A stretch of DNA of 64,000 nt from assembly GCA_038230375.1 (NCBI GenBank), contig JBBRNJ010000004.1:64001-128000 (forward strand), given 5' to 3'. Position 1 is the first letter of the stretch. The number at the start of each line of letters is the position of its first letter. Position numbers and translations under genes: made by a program. The notes beneath the pieces are model-generated. The model ran no database searches and was not told where the DNA came from. It saw nothing but the letters and a program-made list of their open reading frames with translations. The DNA is from Polyangiales bacterium (lineage in GTDB: Bacteria; Myxococcota_A; Polyangia; Polyangiales; Polyangiaceae). Below, one piece after another: positions 30,856 through 43,900 of the stretch.

Positions 30856-31401
30856 TCACACGTGGAGGAGCTCAACGGTGCTGGCCTGCGGGCCATTGTC
30901 ACCAGCCTCCTCGGCGTAGCGGACGCGGCTGCCCACAGCCACCTTCGGGAAGCGCGCGCCCAGCACGCTGTTCTGGTGGAAGTAGATCTCGTGTCCGTCC
31001 TCCTCCGCTTCGAGGAAGCCGTAGCCGCGATCGTGGAACACCTTGGAGACCACGCCGTGCGGTGGTTTCAGGTGGGTCTTGCCGTGGTGGTCGCGCGGAT
31101 GGTGTTCGGACAGCAGGCGCTCTGCATCCGAGAAGGCCTCATCGAGCAACGCATTGAGGTCCTCCGCGCCGTGCGGTGACGTCCTTGACACCAAAAGCTG
31201 CCTCCCTGGCAGCTGTGCGTCGATACGAACGTGATACCGGTGTCCGTGGGTCTGATGGCGGTGCGGCATCTCCACGACGACGTGACAGTGAATGATGTTC
31301 GCCTCGAACGTCTCGAGCTTCGCTGCTCGCTTTTCGACATGTGCCGTCACCGCATCGGAGTGCGGGATATCTCGGAAGGTGATCTGAACCGGAGCTGCCA
31401 T
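30856..31401 (-). CDS. HPF/RaiA ribosome-associated domain fused to cold-shock domain
   Basis: VQITFRDIPHSDAV, CHVVVEMPHRH; GYGFL..EIYFHQNSV..GPQASTV. Confidence 0.9.
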   Translation of the reverse strand: MAAPVQITFRDIPHSDAVTAHVEKRAAKLETFEANIIHCHVVVEMPHRHQTHGHRYHVRIDAQLPGRQLLVSRTSPHGAEDLNALLDEAFSDAERLLSEHHPRDHHGKTHLKPPHGVVSKVFHDRGYGFLEAEEDGHEIYFHQNSVLGARFPKVAVGSRVRYAEEAGDNGPQASTVELLHV

Positions 31402-31433
31402 GGGGCGGACTCCTTTCTCTTCCGCGAGTCAGC

Positions 31434-31449
31434 TACAACATCCGTGCCG
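31434..31449 (-). promoter_or_regulatory. Putative sigma54 promoter (TTGTA -12 variant)
   Basis: Minus strand cGGCACGGATGTTGTA upstream of RBS AAAGGAG and ATG 31401. Confidence 0.6.
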
Positions 31450-31523
31450 TACGCTCTGCGCGACGATCTCCCCGCGTATCGAGCCATCCGCATGGATGCG
31501 GGGCAGTCCGCCACGTGTCAACG

Positions 31524-32246
31524 TCACAGACAGACGCCGAAGTCGACGATCTGGCCGATCAGAAACGCCCCAGGGGACGAAGCCGCCACACAGCGCTTGC
31601 CCGCGGTGCAGTCGCCATTGGTCGCGCAGAGCGGAAGCTCCGGTGACGGGCAGCCCTTGCGGCACGTGGTGCTGAAGGAGCTGTCGTTCAGCGGCTTGGC
31701 CTTCACCGGACACGCGTTGAGGTCAACGTTCGGAAGCAGCGCACAGCAGACACTGCCGTTGCCACAGTCCGCCGACGCGTTGCACGAGACACCGCGATCG
31801 CTCTCCTCTGTCAGGCATTGCTCGGGCGTCGTGTAGCAGACCTGCTCGGCCAGGCACTTGAGCATGCCGCTGCCGCAGTTGTTCGCCACGAGTAGCTTGA
31901 CGGGCGCGTTGCATCCGCCGGCGTCCGCTCCGGCGTCGCCCCCCGTGGAGAGCGAGGCATCGTGCCTGTCGGTGGAGCCGCCATCGCTCGGCGACGAGCT
32001 GGCGCCGTCCATCAAGGAAACGCATGTAGCGTCGAGGCATGCGAGACCCGCGTTGCACGTTGCGTTCGGGTAGCACCCACCACCCATTGCGCCCTGCGCG
32101 GCGCCGCTGTCCGGTGAAGGCGCCGGTCCGTGGTCGTCGCCCGTGATCGAGTACACGGCGCTGCAGCTCGAGACCGAGACGAGCGTCGTGGCAGCGGCGA
32201 GGCGTGCGAACGCCAGGAGAGAGCAACGCGCGAGCCTGCGAACCAC
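31524..32246 (-). CDS. Cys-rich lipoprotein
   Basis: Signal ending VSSC; CYPNATCNAGLAC; CNASADCGNGSVCC; GTG start 6 nt after TATGCT. Confidence 0.75.
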   Translation of the reverse strand: MVRRLARCSLLAFARLAAATTLVSVSSCSAVYSITGDDHGPAPSPDSGAAQGAMGGGCYPNATCNAGLACLDATCVSLMDGASSSPSDGGSTDRHDASLSTGGDAGADAGGCNAPVKLLVANNCGSGMLKCLAEQVCYTTPEQCLTEESDRGVSCNASADCGNGSVCCALLPNVDLNACPVKAKPLNDSSFSTTCRKGCPSPELPLCATNGDCTAGKRCVAASSPGAFLIGQIVDFGVCL

Positions 32247-32312
32247 GAAACGAGCATAGCGCACGCGCCCCGCCGGAGCGAGATCCGGTGGGAAGACAGG
32301 CGCGCGCGATGA

Positions 32313-33074
32313 TCAGCCCTTGCTGCGATGGAGGACGTTCCCGACGAAGAACGGGCCCATCTTGGCGATGAACTCGCGCGTCTGGCGCGTCTTGCGCATG
32401 GCCTGGACCAGGTGCGAGAGCGGGTGGAGGTCCTTGCCGACCAGGCCGATCACGAACTCGTTGTCCTCTGCGTCCAGTCCGTGGCACGCAAGGCGAATGT
32501 CGTGCGCTGCCTCGATCGCGCCGTACCCCATGCCCAGCGCAGCGTGCTCGCGCAGGATGTGGCTCTGATCGATCGGCTCCAGCATGGCGAAGGAGCCGGT
32601 GCGGCGCAGCGGATACCAGACGTGCCAGCCGTAGAGCGCGTTCATCACGTTGTCGATCGGACGCTGCAGCATCACGTACGCCAGGTCCGGCTCGTGCCCG
32701 GTGGAGTACGCGCGGCCGATCATGTTGAACGCGGGGCGGTGGTCCACGTCATCCAGCTTGCCGTGCGCGAAGAGCGGGCGGACCGCGTTGACAAAGTGCG
32801 CGGGGTCGTCGCTCCAGGTGAGCAGGCCCAGGCCGCGCGGTGACATGGTGTCTGCATAGACCACGCCCGCAATGCGGCGCTCCTCGAGCAATGCGCCGGT
32901 CGCCATGCCGATCGCGTTCGCGTCCTTGCCCTTGGGGACATCGAACACGAGCAGCTGCATGAACAGCCGCCGGTTCATCTTCTGGCGCTCACCGTCCTTC
33001 TTGCCGCCGTATTCGTGGAGGTCAACCTCGGGCAGACCCTTGGCTTCAGTTTGCGGCGCTTGCGGCTGAGTCAC
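32313..33074 (-). CDS. Chlorite dismutase-family protein (coproheme decarboxylase ChdC/HemQ-like)
   Basis: WYPLRR, LREHA, HGLDAEDNEFVIGL, LVQAMRKT, GPFFVG. Confidence 0.82.
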   Translation of the reverse strand: MTQPQAPQTEAKGLPEVDLHEYGGKKDGERQKMNRRLFMQLLVFDVPKGKDANAIGMATGALLEERRIAGVVYADTMSPRGLGLLTWSDDPAHFVNAVRPLFAHGKLDDVDHRPAFNMIGRAYSTGHEPDLAYVMLQRPIDNVMNALYGWHVWYPLRRTGSFAMLEPIDQSHILREHAALGMGYGAIEAAHDIRLACHGLDAEDNEFVIGLVGKDLHPLSHLVQAMRKTRQTREFIAKMGPFFVGNVLHRSKG

Positions 33075-33153
33075 GTCGGAACCTCCTTCGGATGGAACAC
33101 GCGGGCGCGTTCCAACCTTGTATTACCACGGCATCGTGGCAGTCTGCGGGCCA

Positions 33154-33927
33154 ATGCGGAGAGCGCTCACGTTCCCTCTTCTGTGCCTTTCACTGGGCGT
33201 GCTGTGCGCGGGTTGCTTCAACGACGCGGATTTCTCGGTGAAGAGCTCGGCCGACTTCACGCCGCTGTCCGAGTTCTCCGTATCCGTGGTGGGCGTCTTC
33301 AAGGACGGCATGATGAGCTCCGAGGCGTGGGACGCGCTCTCCACCAACATCTCCCCCGCCCTGCACGGCAAGAGCTGTGATGTCGCGTATGGCGACGCAC
33401 ACATGAAGAAGGTGCTGCCTCTGGCGCAGGCCATGGAGGAGTACACGCGGGACAACGGGATCACAGATGATCTCTTCGGCGTGCTCGCGCCCGCGGCCAC
33501 CGGCGACGTTGTCCTGATGATCACCGTGGCCGGGCACGCGCAGAAGCCCACCAGCGCGAGCGACGTGCTGCCCTCGTCGCTGGCCCGCGGCCCCAACGCG
33601 AGCCCGTCGCCCGCCCCCATCCGTGGCTCGCTCACGCCCGCGCCGCGCGGCTCACGCGCCGAGAAGAAATCGCGCGGAGGGCTCGAGATGTCCGCGTCTT
33701 TCTTCTCGCGGAAGACCGGCCATGGCGTGGCCCTGGTCTCCATGCTCTACACCGGCACGAGCGACGAAGAGGGAATCGCGCTCTTCGCGAAGAAGGTGTC
33801 CGCGTTCGTGCCGAACGCCACGTGCGCGCCATGGAAGCCCGACACGGAGGCCATGCCCACGCCGGAGCAGATCCGTGGCCTTGTGGTTCGCGTCGAGGAT
33901 CAGGAAGCGCCGCGCCCCCAACCATAG
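33154..33927 (+). CDS. Hypothetical lipoprotein
   Basis: Lipobox LCAGC; SVVGVFKDG; host-like codon usage. Confidence 0.7.
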   Translation: MRRALTFPLLCLSLGVLCAGCFNDADFSVKSSADFTPLSEFSVSVVGVFKDGMMSSEAWDALSTNISPALHGKSCDVAYGDAHMKKVLPLAQAMEEYTRDNGITDDLFGVLAPAATGDVVLMITVAGHAQKPTSASDVLPSSLARGPNASPSPAPIRGSLTPAPRGSRAEKKSRGGLEMSASFFSRKTGHGVALVSMLYTGTSDEEGIALFAKKVSAFVPNATCAPWKPDTEAMPTPEQIRGLVVRVEDQEAPRPQP

Positions 33928-33934
33928 CCGCGCC

Positions 33935-34852
33935 TCAGGGACACGCTGTGGTGTCGATCACGAACGCGGGGTCCACGAGATCCTTCGAGACGTCACCGGC
34001 ACCGCCAAACTTCCCGGGCTTCCACGGATCCACGTGCATGAGCGCGGCCTGCTTCCAGCCGTTCGCCGACGTCACGAAGCCATCGGTCGTGAGATCGTGC
34101 ACGAGCGGATGTCCCGGCTCGCCAGCATTCACACGCGGCGTGGAGCCGCTGGTGGTCGCCACTGCGCAACCACCAAAGTCGCAGACGACGCTGCCGCTGC
34201 ACGTGTTGAGGTCGGCGTAGTTGCCATGCTTGTCGACCGACGAGAACACCACCGGGTATGCAGCGCCGCCCTGCATCGCCGTCTGACACGCGCTCATCCC
34301 CTTGCACGCGCCGCACGTGGTGTCGTGCTCGCAGGGCGTCCCCTGGTGCGAGATACCGCGCACGGCAAGGATGCCTGCTGGCGCCGGTACGTGCGGATCG
34401 ATCACCACGCCGAACGTCTCGTCGTCCCCTGGATGGCCGCTCGCGCCGCAGTCCTCATCGTAGAGAACGTCGACCCAGAGCATGACGCGACCAGGCTCCT
34501 TCGGATGAGGCGAGAGGCGATAGAGGAGCCCGTGCGTCGGACACTTGTCATTCGGATGGATCGAGACGAAGGGCATGTACTCCGCAGCAAGCCTCTCCTC
34601 CACAGCGTCGGCAATGCCATCACCATCGGAGTCGACGCCGCCAGCGGCCGGCGATGCATCCTTCTCTTGCGGCGCGACAAAAGCCGGCGTGGGCGACGCG
34701 TCGGGGGCGTCGGCCGCGGGTGACGTCCCGGAGGTGCTGGTGGTGTTCGTGGGGCTCGAAATCGCATCTCCACCACCTCCGCACGCAGCGCCGACCAGGA
34801 GAAGCCCCGCAGCCACGGTCACGCAAACCCCGCCCCGATAGTATTTGCCCAT
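33935..34852 (-). CDS. Hypothetical lipoprotein (Ca-binding-like DSDGDG motif, His/Asp/Cys-rich)
   Basis: Lipobox GAAC; DSDGDGIAD.VE; HPGDDE, DKHGNY. Confidence 0.75.
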   Translation of the reverse strand: MGKYYRGGVCVTVAAGLLLVGAACGGGGDAISSPTNTTSTSGTSPAADAPDASPTPAFVAPQEKDASPAAGGVDSDGDGIADAVEERLAAEYMPFVSIHPNDKCPTHGLLYRLSPHPKEPGRVMLWVDVLYDEDCGASGHPGDDETFGVVIDPHVPAPAGILAVRGISHQGTPCEHDTTCGACKGMSACQTAMQGGAAYPVVFSSVDKHGNYADLNTCSGSVVCDFGGCAVATTSGSTPRVNAGEPGHPLVHDLTTDGFVTSANGWKQAALMHVDPWKPGKFGGAGDVSKDLVDPAFVIDTTACP

Positions 34853-34961
34853 CGGCGGCAAATACTGACCCCGACGCGGCCGCAGCGCAAGAACATCGAC
34901 GTCTCTTTGCCGAAATCACATCCCGCCCCAGGGAAACAGCGTCGAATCGGGCGCGGCTGTC

Positions 34962-37900
34962 TCAGACGCTGGCCAGGCTCCAGACCTCTTCTGGCGTGAC
35001 GGTCCCCCAGGTGAAGCCGATGCGGCGGAGCAGGAGCTCCGTGCGCTCGTTGAGCGTGACGGCCTCGGTGGAGGCCTCTCGCTCGAGGAGTCCGTCGTGC
35101 AAGAGGATCGCGGTGGCCGCCTGCGCAACGTCGCGGTCGCCAAGGCGCTCCGCCAGCAGCTCGAAGAAGTCCGGGTCCTCCATGGCGCGGCAGCGCTTGC
35201 CCGCGGCGATCAGGCTGCGCGCCTGTGTCTCGTCCAGGAAGCGCTCCAGGTGGTGCGTCTCGCTCGCGAGCGCGCCGCGACGGAACAGCTGCGTGATCGC
35301 GTCGCTCACCTTGTTGACCGGGCAGAACGAGTGGATGAGCGCGCCGATGGGGATGACGCCCAGGGTCACGTAGCTCTTCAGCTGCTGCACGAAGCCGCTG
35401 TCATCCGCGTTCTCCTGGAACGTGAGCGTCTCCGTGTCGGGCGTGAGGAAGCCCACGCGGAAGATGTTCGCGCGGTGCCCGGAGTCTCGCAGGGCGATCA
35501 CTGCCTTCTCTGCGAGCAGCTTGGTGCGACAGTAGTGGTTGGGCGTGACCTGCCCGATGTCGCACGAGAGCTCGGTGAAGAGCGCGCGCTCCGTGTTCGG
35601 GATGTCACCAGCGCCCACCGATGTCGTGGAGACCAGGTTGAACGGCGCGGACGCGAGGCGCGCGAGGGCGATCAGGTTCTCTGTCGCGGTCACGTTCGCG
35701 GCGACGAAGGTGGAGTAGTCGCCGTAGTGCTTTGTCAGCGCGGCCGAGTGAATCACGCAATCGATCGTGCGAGCGAGGCCATCGCGCACCGAGGGGTCCA
35801 TGCCCAGGTCAGGCTGCGACAGGTCCGACAGGACGAGGATCACGCGACGTCGGACGGCGTTGAGCGCGCCGACACCAAAGTAGTGCTCCGCGCGGGCCTG
35901 CAGGCGATCCCAGGCCTCCTTGCGGGTGCGTGCGCGCATGGTCACGTGGATCTTGGCGTCGGTGCGCGCCAGGAGATCGCGCAGGAGGTAACTTCCAAGA
36001 AAGCCGGTCGCTCCGGTGAGCAAGATGTTCCGGTAGACGTCCTCGTGGCCCAGGGGCGACGCCTCGTAGGTGCGCACCTTCTGGCGGTACGCCTCGACGT
36101 CTCGGATCATGTCCGGGTGCGTGAGGGGATCCGGGGGCGCGTCCTCGCGCATGCTCTTCGCCAGGCCAAGGAGTCGGCCGCGGAGGTCCCCGCGCTGCAT
36201 GGGGATCTCGCGTGCGATCTCGCGCGGCGTGCGAAGACGGAAGAGATCGTTCGCGGTGATCTTGAAGTCCGCGGCGAGCACCGTGACAACAGCGACTGCC
36301 TTCATGGAGTTGCCGCCAAAGTCGAAGAAATCATCCGTGACGCCGAAGTCCGTGCGACCGATCGCGCGTGAGAGCGCCTCCAGCACGCGCGCCTCTGCAA
36401 GGCTCTCCGGCTGGACGATGCTCCGCAATGCACGTGAGAGCTCGGGCTCCGGCAGTCGCTTCTTGTCGACCTTGCCGCTGGTGGAGAGCGGGATCTCGTG
36501 CAGGCGCACCAGCGCCGTGGGGAGCATGTAGTCGGGCACGCGTCGCGCCAGGCCCTCGCGGAGCTGCAGGTCGGTCACGTCGGGAGCGGCCACGTAGTAG
36601 CCGACCAGGATCTTGTCTCCAGCGGCGTCGGGTCGGTCGATGACGACGGCACTTGCAATCCCGGGCAGCTCCAGCATCGCGTGCTCGATCTCGCCGAGCT
36701 CGATACGGTAGCCGCGGATCTTCACCTGGCTGTCGATGCGGCCAAGGAACTCGATGCTCCCGTTCGGTAACCAGCGCCCCAGATCACCTGTATGATACAT
36801 GCGTCCCTGGGCGAGCGGATGCTCCACGAACTTCTTCGCCGTGAGCTCGGGACTGCCAAGGTAGCCGCGCGCCATGCCCTTGCCCGCAAGGCAGATCTCG
36901 CCCGCGATGCCAGGCGGGCATGGCTCGCCGGTGGGCTCCAGGATGAGGACGCGCGCGTTCGCGTTCGGCTTGCCGATGGGAATGTTGTCCGAGGCAGCGG
37001 TGACGACCTCGGTCGTCGCGGAGACGGTGAACTCCGTCGGGCCGTACTCGTTCGCCAGCTTGAAGGTCTGCGGGTGGAACCTGCGCAGCTTGTCCCCACC
37101 AACGACCAGCCAGCGGAGCGGCGTGTCGCGGGGCTCGAGCATGAGCTCCTCCGCCAGTGGCGTGGGAAGGTCCATGTACGTGATGCGTTCGCGCTTCGTC
37201 CAGGCGATGATCTCCACGGGCGCCAGCCGGATGTCGTCCGGGATCATGTGCAGCTCCGCGCCCACGGACAGCGCCGGGAACGTCTCGCCGATCGACGCAT
37301 CGAAGCCGATGCCAGCGTACTTGGAGCAGTGATCGTGCTCCGTGAGGCCGTAGAAATCCACGCACCGCTGGATGTACGGGACCATGGACGTGTGCTCGAT
37401 CGCAACGCCCTTCGGTCGCCCGGTGGAGCCGGACGTATAGATCACGTACGCCAGGTTCCCGAGATCGCCTGGCGTCACGGGGAGCGCGTCGTTGCCTTCC
37501 GCGAACAGCGCGACGTCGAGCGTGAGACGACGTCCAGGCCAGTCAAGCTCCCGATCGAGCAAAGGCGCCGAGAGCAGGACCTTCGCCGCGCTGTCGCGGA
37601 GCGTGTACTCGATGCGCTCGAGCGGGTAGCGATGATCGAGCGGTACGAACGCGCCGCCTGCCTTCATCACGGCCAGCTCGGCGATGAAGAGCTCCGGGCA
37701 CGGCGGCGCCAGGATGCCCACGATGTCGCCCTTGCCGACGCCCATGGCCTGCAGCCGGTGCGCGAGGCGGTTCGCCATGCGCGCGACCTCCTCGTACGTG
37801 AACGACGTGGCGCCGGACACCAGCGCGCGATGGGCGGGAAAGCGCGCGGCCGCGGCGTCGAAGAGCTGATGTGCGAACGTCACCTCCGGGAAGTCACGCG

Positions 37901-40900
37901 CGGTCTGGTTCCATGTGGAGACGACCAGGACCTGGTCTTCCGGCGTGAGGATGCGAAGCGACTCCGTGGGCGCGTCCGGCCGCTTGACGATGTCAGCGAG
38001 GAGCTCCGTCATGCATGCGAGCCAGCGCTGGATGGTGGTCTCGTCGTACAGCGCGGTCCGGTACTCGAACGACAGCGTCAGACCATTGGGCGCCTCGTCC
38101 GCCGAGAACGAGAGATCGAACTTGGACGTCTCGTTCGTCACGGCGATCGGGGCGAGCATGGACTCCGCCTGGTCTGCGCGCTCATCCACGTTTTGCAGTG
38201 AGAACATGACGTCGAAGAGCGCGTTGTGGCCCGCGCGGCGGCGCTCGCCCAGGAGCTCCACCAGGTCACCGAACGGGTAGGCCTGGTTGTCGATGGCGTT
38301 GACCGAGCGCGCGGATACCTCGTGGCAGAGCGACATGAACGGCCGTTTGGGATCGACGTCGCACGTGAGCACCAGGGTGTTCACGAACATGCCGAACACG
38401 TCCTGCATGTCCGGGTGGAAACGTCCGCTCACCGGCGTACCAAGAATGATCTCCTCCTGGCGGCCGACGCGCGCAAGGAACACGTCGAACGCAGTGAGCA
38501 GAAGGGAAAATAGCGACACGCCGTGGGCCTGACAGAGCGCGCGCAGGCCGTTCAGCGTGGCCTGCGGCAGCTCCGTGGACAGCGTCTTTCCCTCGAGCGT
38601 GAGCTCTCTCGGGCGCGGATGATCCGCGGGGAGATCCAGCGTTGGAACGCCATCCTTGAAGGCCTGCTGCCAGTGCTCTTTTTGCCGCGTGAGGAGCGCC
38701 CGGTACGCCACCGTCTGCTCCCACGCGGCGCAGTCGCGCAGGCTGCGACCGAGCGGCGGCAGGCGCTGACCACTCAGCAGCTTGGCGAGCTCGTCCATGA
38801 ACTGGCTCATGGAGCCGCCGTCCGACACGATGTGGTGCATGTCGAAGAAGAGGTATGCGGCGTTCTCCGTCGTCACGTAGGTAGCGCGCGCAAGCGGCCC
38901 CTCGCCAAGATCGAACGGCAGGACCAGGCCGGCCACGGCGAGATCGCGCTCGGCCTCGGTCGTCACGAGCTCCGCGAGCGGAAGCTCAGTCCGGCTGTCC
39001 GTGCGCATCATGAGGACGTCGGCATCCAGGAAGAACGAGGACCGGAACGCGTCGTGTCTATCCGTCAGCGTGGCAAGGGCCGACGCGAGCGACTCCTTCG
39101 CGATCCCCTTCTGGACGGCGAACAGCGTGGCCAGGTTGTAGGCCACGCTACCCTTGTCGATCTGTTGCATCAGGTACATGCGCTTCTGCACGGACGACGC
39201 GGGGATCGCGCCAACGTGAATGCAGCGATCGATGCTGCTCGTGAGGCCATCTCCGGTGCTCTCTCCGATCTTCGCGCTCAGCGCGCGCACGGTGGGATGT
39301 CGGAAGATGTCGCTGACCTTCAGCTCCGTCCTGAGCTCCTTCCAGATCTCGCTGACCAGCGCGATCGCCTTCAATGAGTGACCGCCCAGATCGGTGAAGC
39401 TGGTCGTGACGCCCATGGCGCCCGGCGCGGCGCCCAGGACCTTGGCCCAGATCTGGAGGAGCGTGTGCTCCGTGGCGTTCGCGGCGGGCACAAGGGACAG
39501 CGCAGCCGCTCGCTCGACTTCGGGGAGGGCCTTCTTGTCCACCTTGCCGTTCGGCGTCACGGGGAGCGCGTCCAGCGCGCAGAACTGCGCCGGTATCATG
39601 TACTCGGGCAGGTTCCTGAGCATCTCTGCGCGCACCAGCGGAAGATCCAGCACGGTCTTCGGCACCACGTACGCGACCAGGTACGTCGCCCCCGAAGAAT
39701 CCGTCCGCGGGACCACGACGGCGTCCTCGATGCTGGGAGACGCGAGCAGGGTCTGCTCGACCTCGCCGAGCTCGATGCGGAAGCCGCGCACCTTCACCTG
39801 CGCGTCCATTCGGCCGAGGTATTCCAGATTGCCGTCGGGCAACCATCGGGCGAGGTCGCCCGTGCGGTACATGCGCTCGCCCGTCGACGATGGCGAGAAC
39901 GCGTGCGCGACAAACTTCTCTGCGGTGAGCTCGGGCCGATTCAGGTACCCACGGCCGATGCTCTTGCCGGCGACACACAGCTCCCCCGCCACACCCAGCG
40001 GGCAGATGCGATCGTGCGCGTCCAGTATGAAGATCTCCGAGTTCCAGACCGGCTTGCCGATGGGAATGTTCTCGTAGGCCCTGTCCACCGTGAAGGCCGA
40101 CGTCACCACGGTGTACTCCGTGGGGCCGTACGTGTTCACGATCGCGCAGCGATCCGTCGGATGGCTTCGGAGCTTCTCGCCTCCCAGGAACGCGGCGCGC
40201 AGGGAGTGCTTCGTCGCCTGGCGCAGGAACTGCTCGCCGAACTGCGTGGGCAGAAAGGCGATCGTGACCTTGTTCGTCGCCAGGTAGTCGTCCAGCCCCT
40301 CGATCGTGAGCCGGACGTCCTTGGGAATGATCACGAGTCGCGCACCGGAGATGATCGTGGGGAAAAGCTCCGAGATGCTCGCGTCGAAGCTGAATCCCGC
40401 GTACCTGGTGACGCCGTCGTTCTGGTTGATACCGAAGTAGTCCGCGTGCCAGGCGGAGAAGTTCATGAGCGCGCGATGCTCGATGACGACGCCCTTCGGC
40501 CTTCCGGTGGAGCCCGACGTGTAGATCACATACGCGGCGTCCGAGCCCTCCTGGACGACCCCGGGATTGTTGTCGTGGCGCTCGGTCGCCTCCACCGTGG
40601 TGACGTCGAGCCGCGGCCCATCCCAGCTCACGCCGGTCAAGAGATCCGGCCTGGAGAGCAGCGCCAGCGCCCCGCTGTCGGAGAGCATGTACTCCTGTCG
40701 CCCGGCGGGATACTCCGCGTCGATGGGCAGGAACGCAGCGCCTGTCTTGAGCACGCCGAGCACGGCGGGCAGCTGCTCCGCGCACGGATCAAGGAGGAGC
40801 GCCACGACCGCGCCCCGCCCAACGCCGTGTCCAACGAGCCACTCGGCGATGGCGTTCGCGCGGCGGTTCACCTCCGCGTACGAGTAGACGGAGCGCTCGA

Positions 40901-43900
40901 ACACCAGTGCGGGCGCGTTGGGTGTATTCTGCACCCATTGTTCGAACATGTGATGCGCAGCGATGGCATCCGGAAGCGCGTGAGCGGTGGCGTTGAAGGT
41001 CGTCACGAGCTGGAGCTTCTCGGCGGGCGTCATCACCTCCAATGTGGCGAGCGGCTGCTCCGGATCTGCGATCACATTGCGAAGCAGCGTGCAGAAGCCC
41101 TGGGCCAGGCGCTCCACAGTGGCGCGCGTGAAGAGCTCCGTCGGGTATTCGAACGCCAGCTCGAGCCCCTCTGCCGACTCCGTTGCCGAGAGCACCAGGT
41201 CCGTCTTCGCCGTGTGGTGGGTGAACTCGGTCGCGTGCAGCTTCACCTTGCCGGCATCCACCACGGAGCCCTCGCGCGCCTGGTAGGCGAACATGACGTC
41301 GAACAGGGGATTGCTCCGCTGCGCGCCCGCCTTCGTGCCCAGCTCGGCGAGCAGATCCTCCAGCTGGTACTCCTCGCGCGAGAGGAGCTCGAGAGAGATC
41401 TCCTTGCTGCTGGCCAGAAACTCGAGGAACGAGCCCGTGGTGGGCACCTTCATGCGCCACGGGATCGTGTTCACGAACATCCCGACCACGTCTTGAAGAT
41501 CCGCGTGCACACGGCCCGACGTGGGCACGCCCACCACCACGTCGTCCACGCGTCCAATGCGCGAGAGGTAGTAGAGGAAGCTGGTGAGCAGCGTGATGAA
41601 GAGCGTCGCGTCCTTCTTCAGCGACAGCGCCGCCAGCGCGTCCTGCTCCGCCTTGGTCATCCGGACCACGACCAGATCGCCTTCGTCGTTGCGTACGGCG
41701 GGACGCCGGAAATCGAACGGGAGCTCCAGCTGCGGCGGCGGCGTCTCGAACAGCGCGAGCCAGAACGCGCGCTGCTCCGCGATGCGCTCGCGGCTCTCCG
41801 GGGTCTGCTGCCAGACGGCGAAGTCGGAGTAGTCGAGCGTGAGCTCCTTCAAAGGAGCGCCGCGGATGATCTCGCTCACCTCGTGGAAGAGGATCGCGGT
41901 GGAATAGCCGTCCACGACGATGTGGTGGAAGTCCACGACCAGGAGCGATGCGCCAGAGCTTCGCTGCACGAGCCACACACGCACCAGCGGCGGCTTGGCA
42001 AGGTCGAAGCGCTGCACCAGCTGCCTCATCACCACGTCCGTCGGGTCGTCGCTCTCGAAGATCTCGAGCGAGAAGCTCACCGTGGGGTGCACCTTGGCAA
42101 CGGGCTCGCCATCGACGATGTGGAACGTGGTCCGCAGCGCGGCATGTCGCGCGAAGAGCGCGCGGACGACCTCCTCCAGCCGCTCGCGGGTGACACGGCC
42201 CTCCACCTCGAAGACGGTGGGCATGTTGTAGGCGACGCTCTCGCGGTTCGCTTGCTGGATGGCGAACAGGCGGCGCTGCACCGACGACAGCGGGTAGTAC
42301 TCGCGCGCGCCTGCACGAGGAATTGGCTCGATCGTGACGTGATCCCGCTGCGCGACCAGCGCCGCCTGCCCGCGAATCGTGGGGTGATCGAAGATGTCCG
42401 CAGGGGTGAGGCGTACACCGAATGCCTGATGGATCCGCGTGATGAGCAGCATCAGGAGGAGCGAGTGCCCGCCAAGCTCGAAGAAGCTCTTACCAAGGGG
42501 AACGCGCGCCCGCGGCACGCGAAGGACATCCGACCAGATCTGGAGGAGCTGCTCCTCCGCGTCGGAGGCGGGCGCGTCTTTCTCGGTCGCCAGATCGAAC
42601 GCGGGCTCGGGCAGGCGCTTTCGATCTACCTTGCCGGACGTGAGCACTGGCAGCGCCGCCAGCGACACGACGGCATCCGGAACCATGTACGACGGCAGCG
42701 CTCGCGCAAGGAAGCTGCGCAGTTCAGCAGATGTCACTTCCTTGCGCGGGACCACGTACGCGCAGAGGCGCTTGTCGTCACCGTGAGGGAACACCACGAC
42801 GGCCGCCTCCACCACGTCAGGATGACGGAGCAGCGCCGCCTCGATTTCACCGAGCTCGATGCGGAAGCCGCGGATCTTGATCTGATTGTCCGCGCGGCCC
42901 AGGAAATCGATCGTGCCGTCGGCGGTCCAGCGCGCGATGTCACCGGTGCGATAGAGACGGTCGCCGTCGGCGAACGGGCTGGGAACGAAGCGCTCGCGTG
43001 TGAGCTCCTCGTTGTGAAGATAGCCGCGCGCCACGCCCTTGCCGCCGATGTACATCTCGCCCGGCACGCCCAGCGGCGCCAGGTTCCGGGTCCAGTCCAG
43101 GATGTAGATCTTCGTGTTCGCGACGGGGCGACCGACCGGCAGCCGCGAGAGCGCGAGGTCGTCCTTCGACACCTTGTGGCGGAGCGCCGTGATGGTGGTC
43201 TCCGTTGGGCCGTACTCGTTGTAGAAGGGCTGCGCGAGCGCCCAGCGTGCGGCGGTGGGAACGGGGCAGATGTCACCACCCACCACGATGCGGCGCAGCT
43301 TGAGCGGTGTCTTTGGCGTGAAGCCGGACAGGAAGAGCGGCACGGTGTCCACGTGGGTGACCTCGTGCTCGCGCACGAATGCCTCGAACGCGTCGTGATC
43401 CAGGAGCACCTCCTTGGACGGCACGACGAGCCGCGCGCCAGTGGCGAACGCCAGCCCCAGCTGCGCAACGGACGCGTCGAAGGTGATCGACGAGAAGAGG
43501 AGGATCCTGTCGTCCGGCCGCACCTTCAGCACGTCCTCCGACGTGGCGATGAAGTTCACGGCGTTGCGATGCTCGATCACGACGCCCTTCGGCTTGCCGG
43601 TGGAGCCCGACGTGTAGATGACGTAGGCGATGCTCTCCGGCAGTGCGCGCGATGGGAACGCGCCGGCATCGGGCTCGCTCACCGCGGCGGACAGCTCTTG
43701 CACCTTGGCGGGGTCCGCGCCGTAGGTCTCGCGATCGGTGAGGAGCGCGCGTGCACGGCTGTCCTCGATCATGAGAAGGGCACGATCGGCCGGCGCGTCG
43801 GGCTCGATGGGAAGATAGCCGGCGCCCGCGCGAAGAATGCCGATGATTGCAGGATACAGCCATCGTGTCCGCCCCACGGAAAGCGCCACCACGTCGCCAA

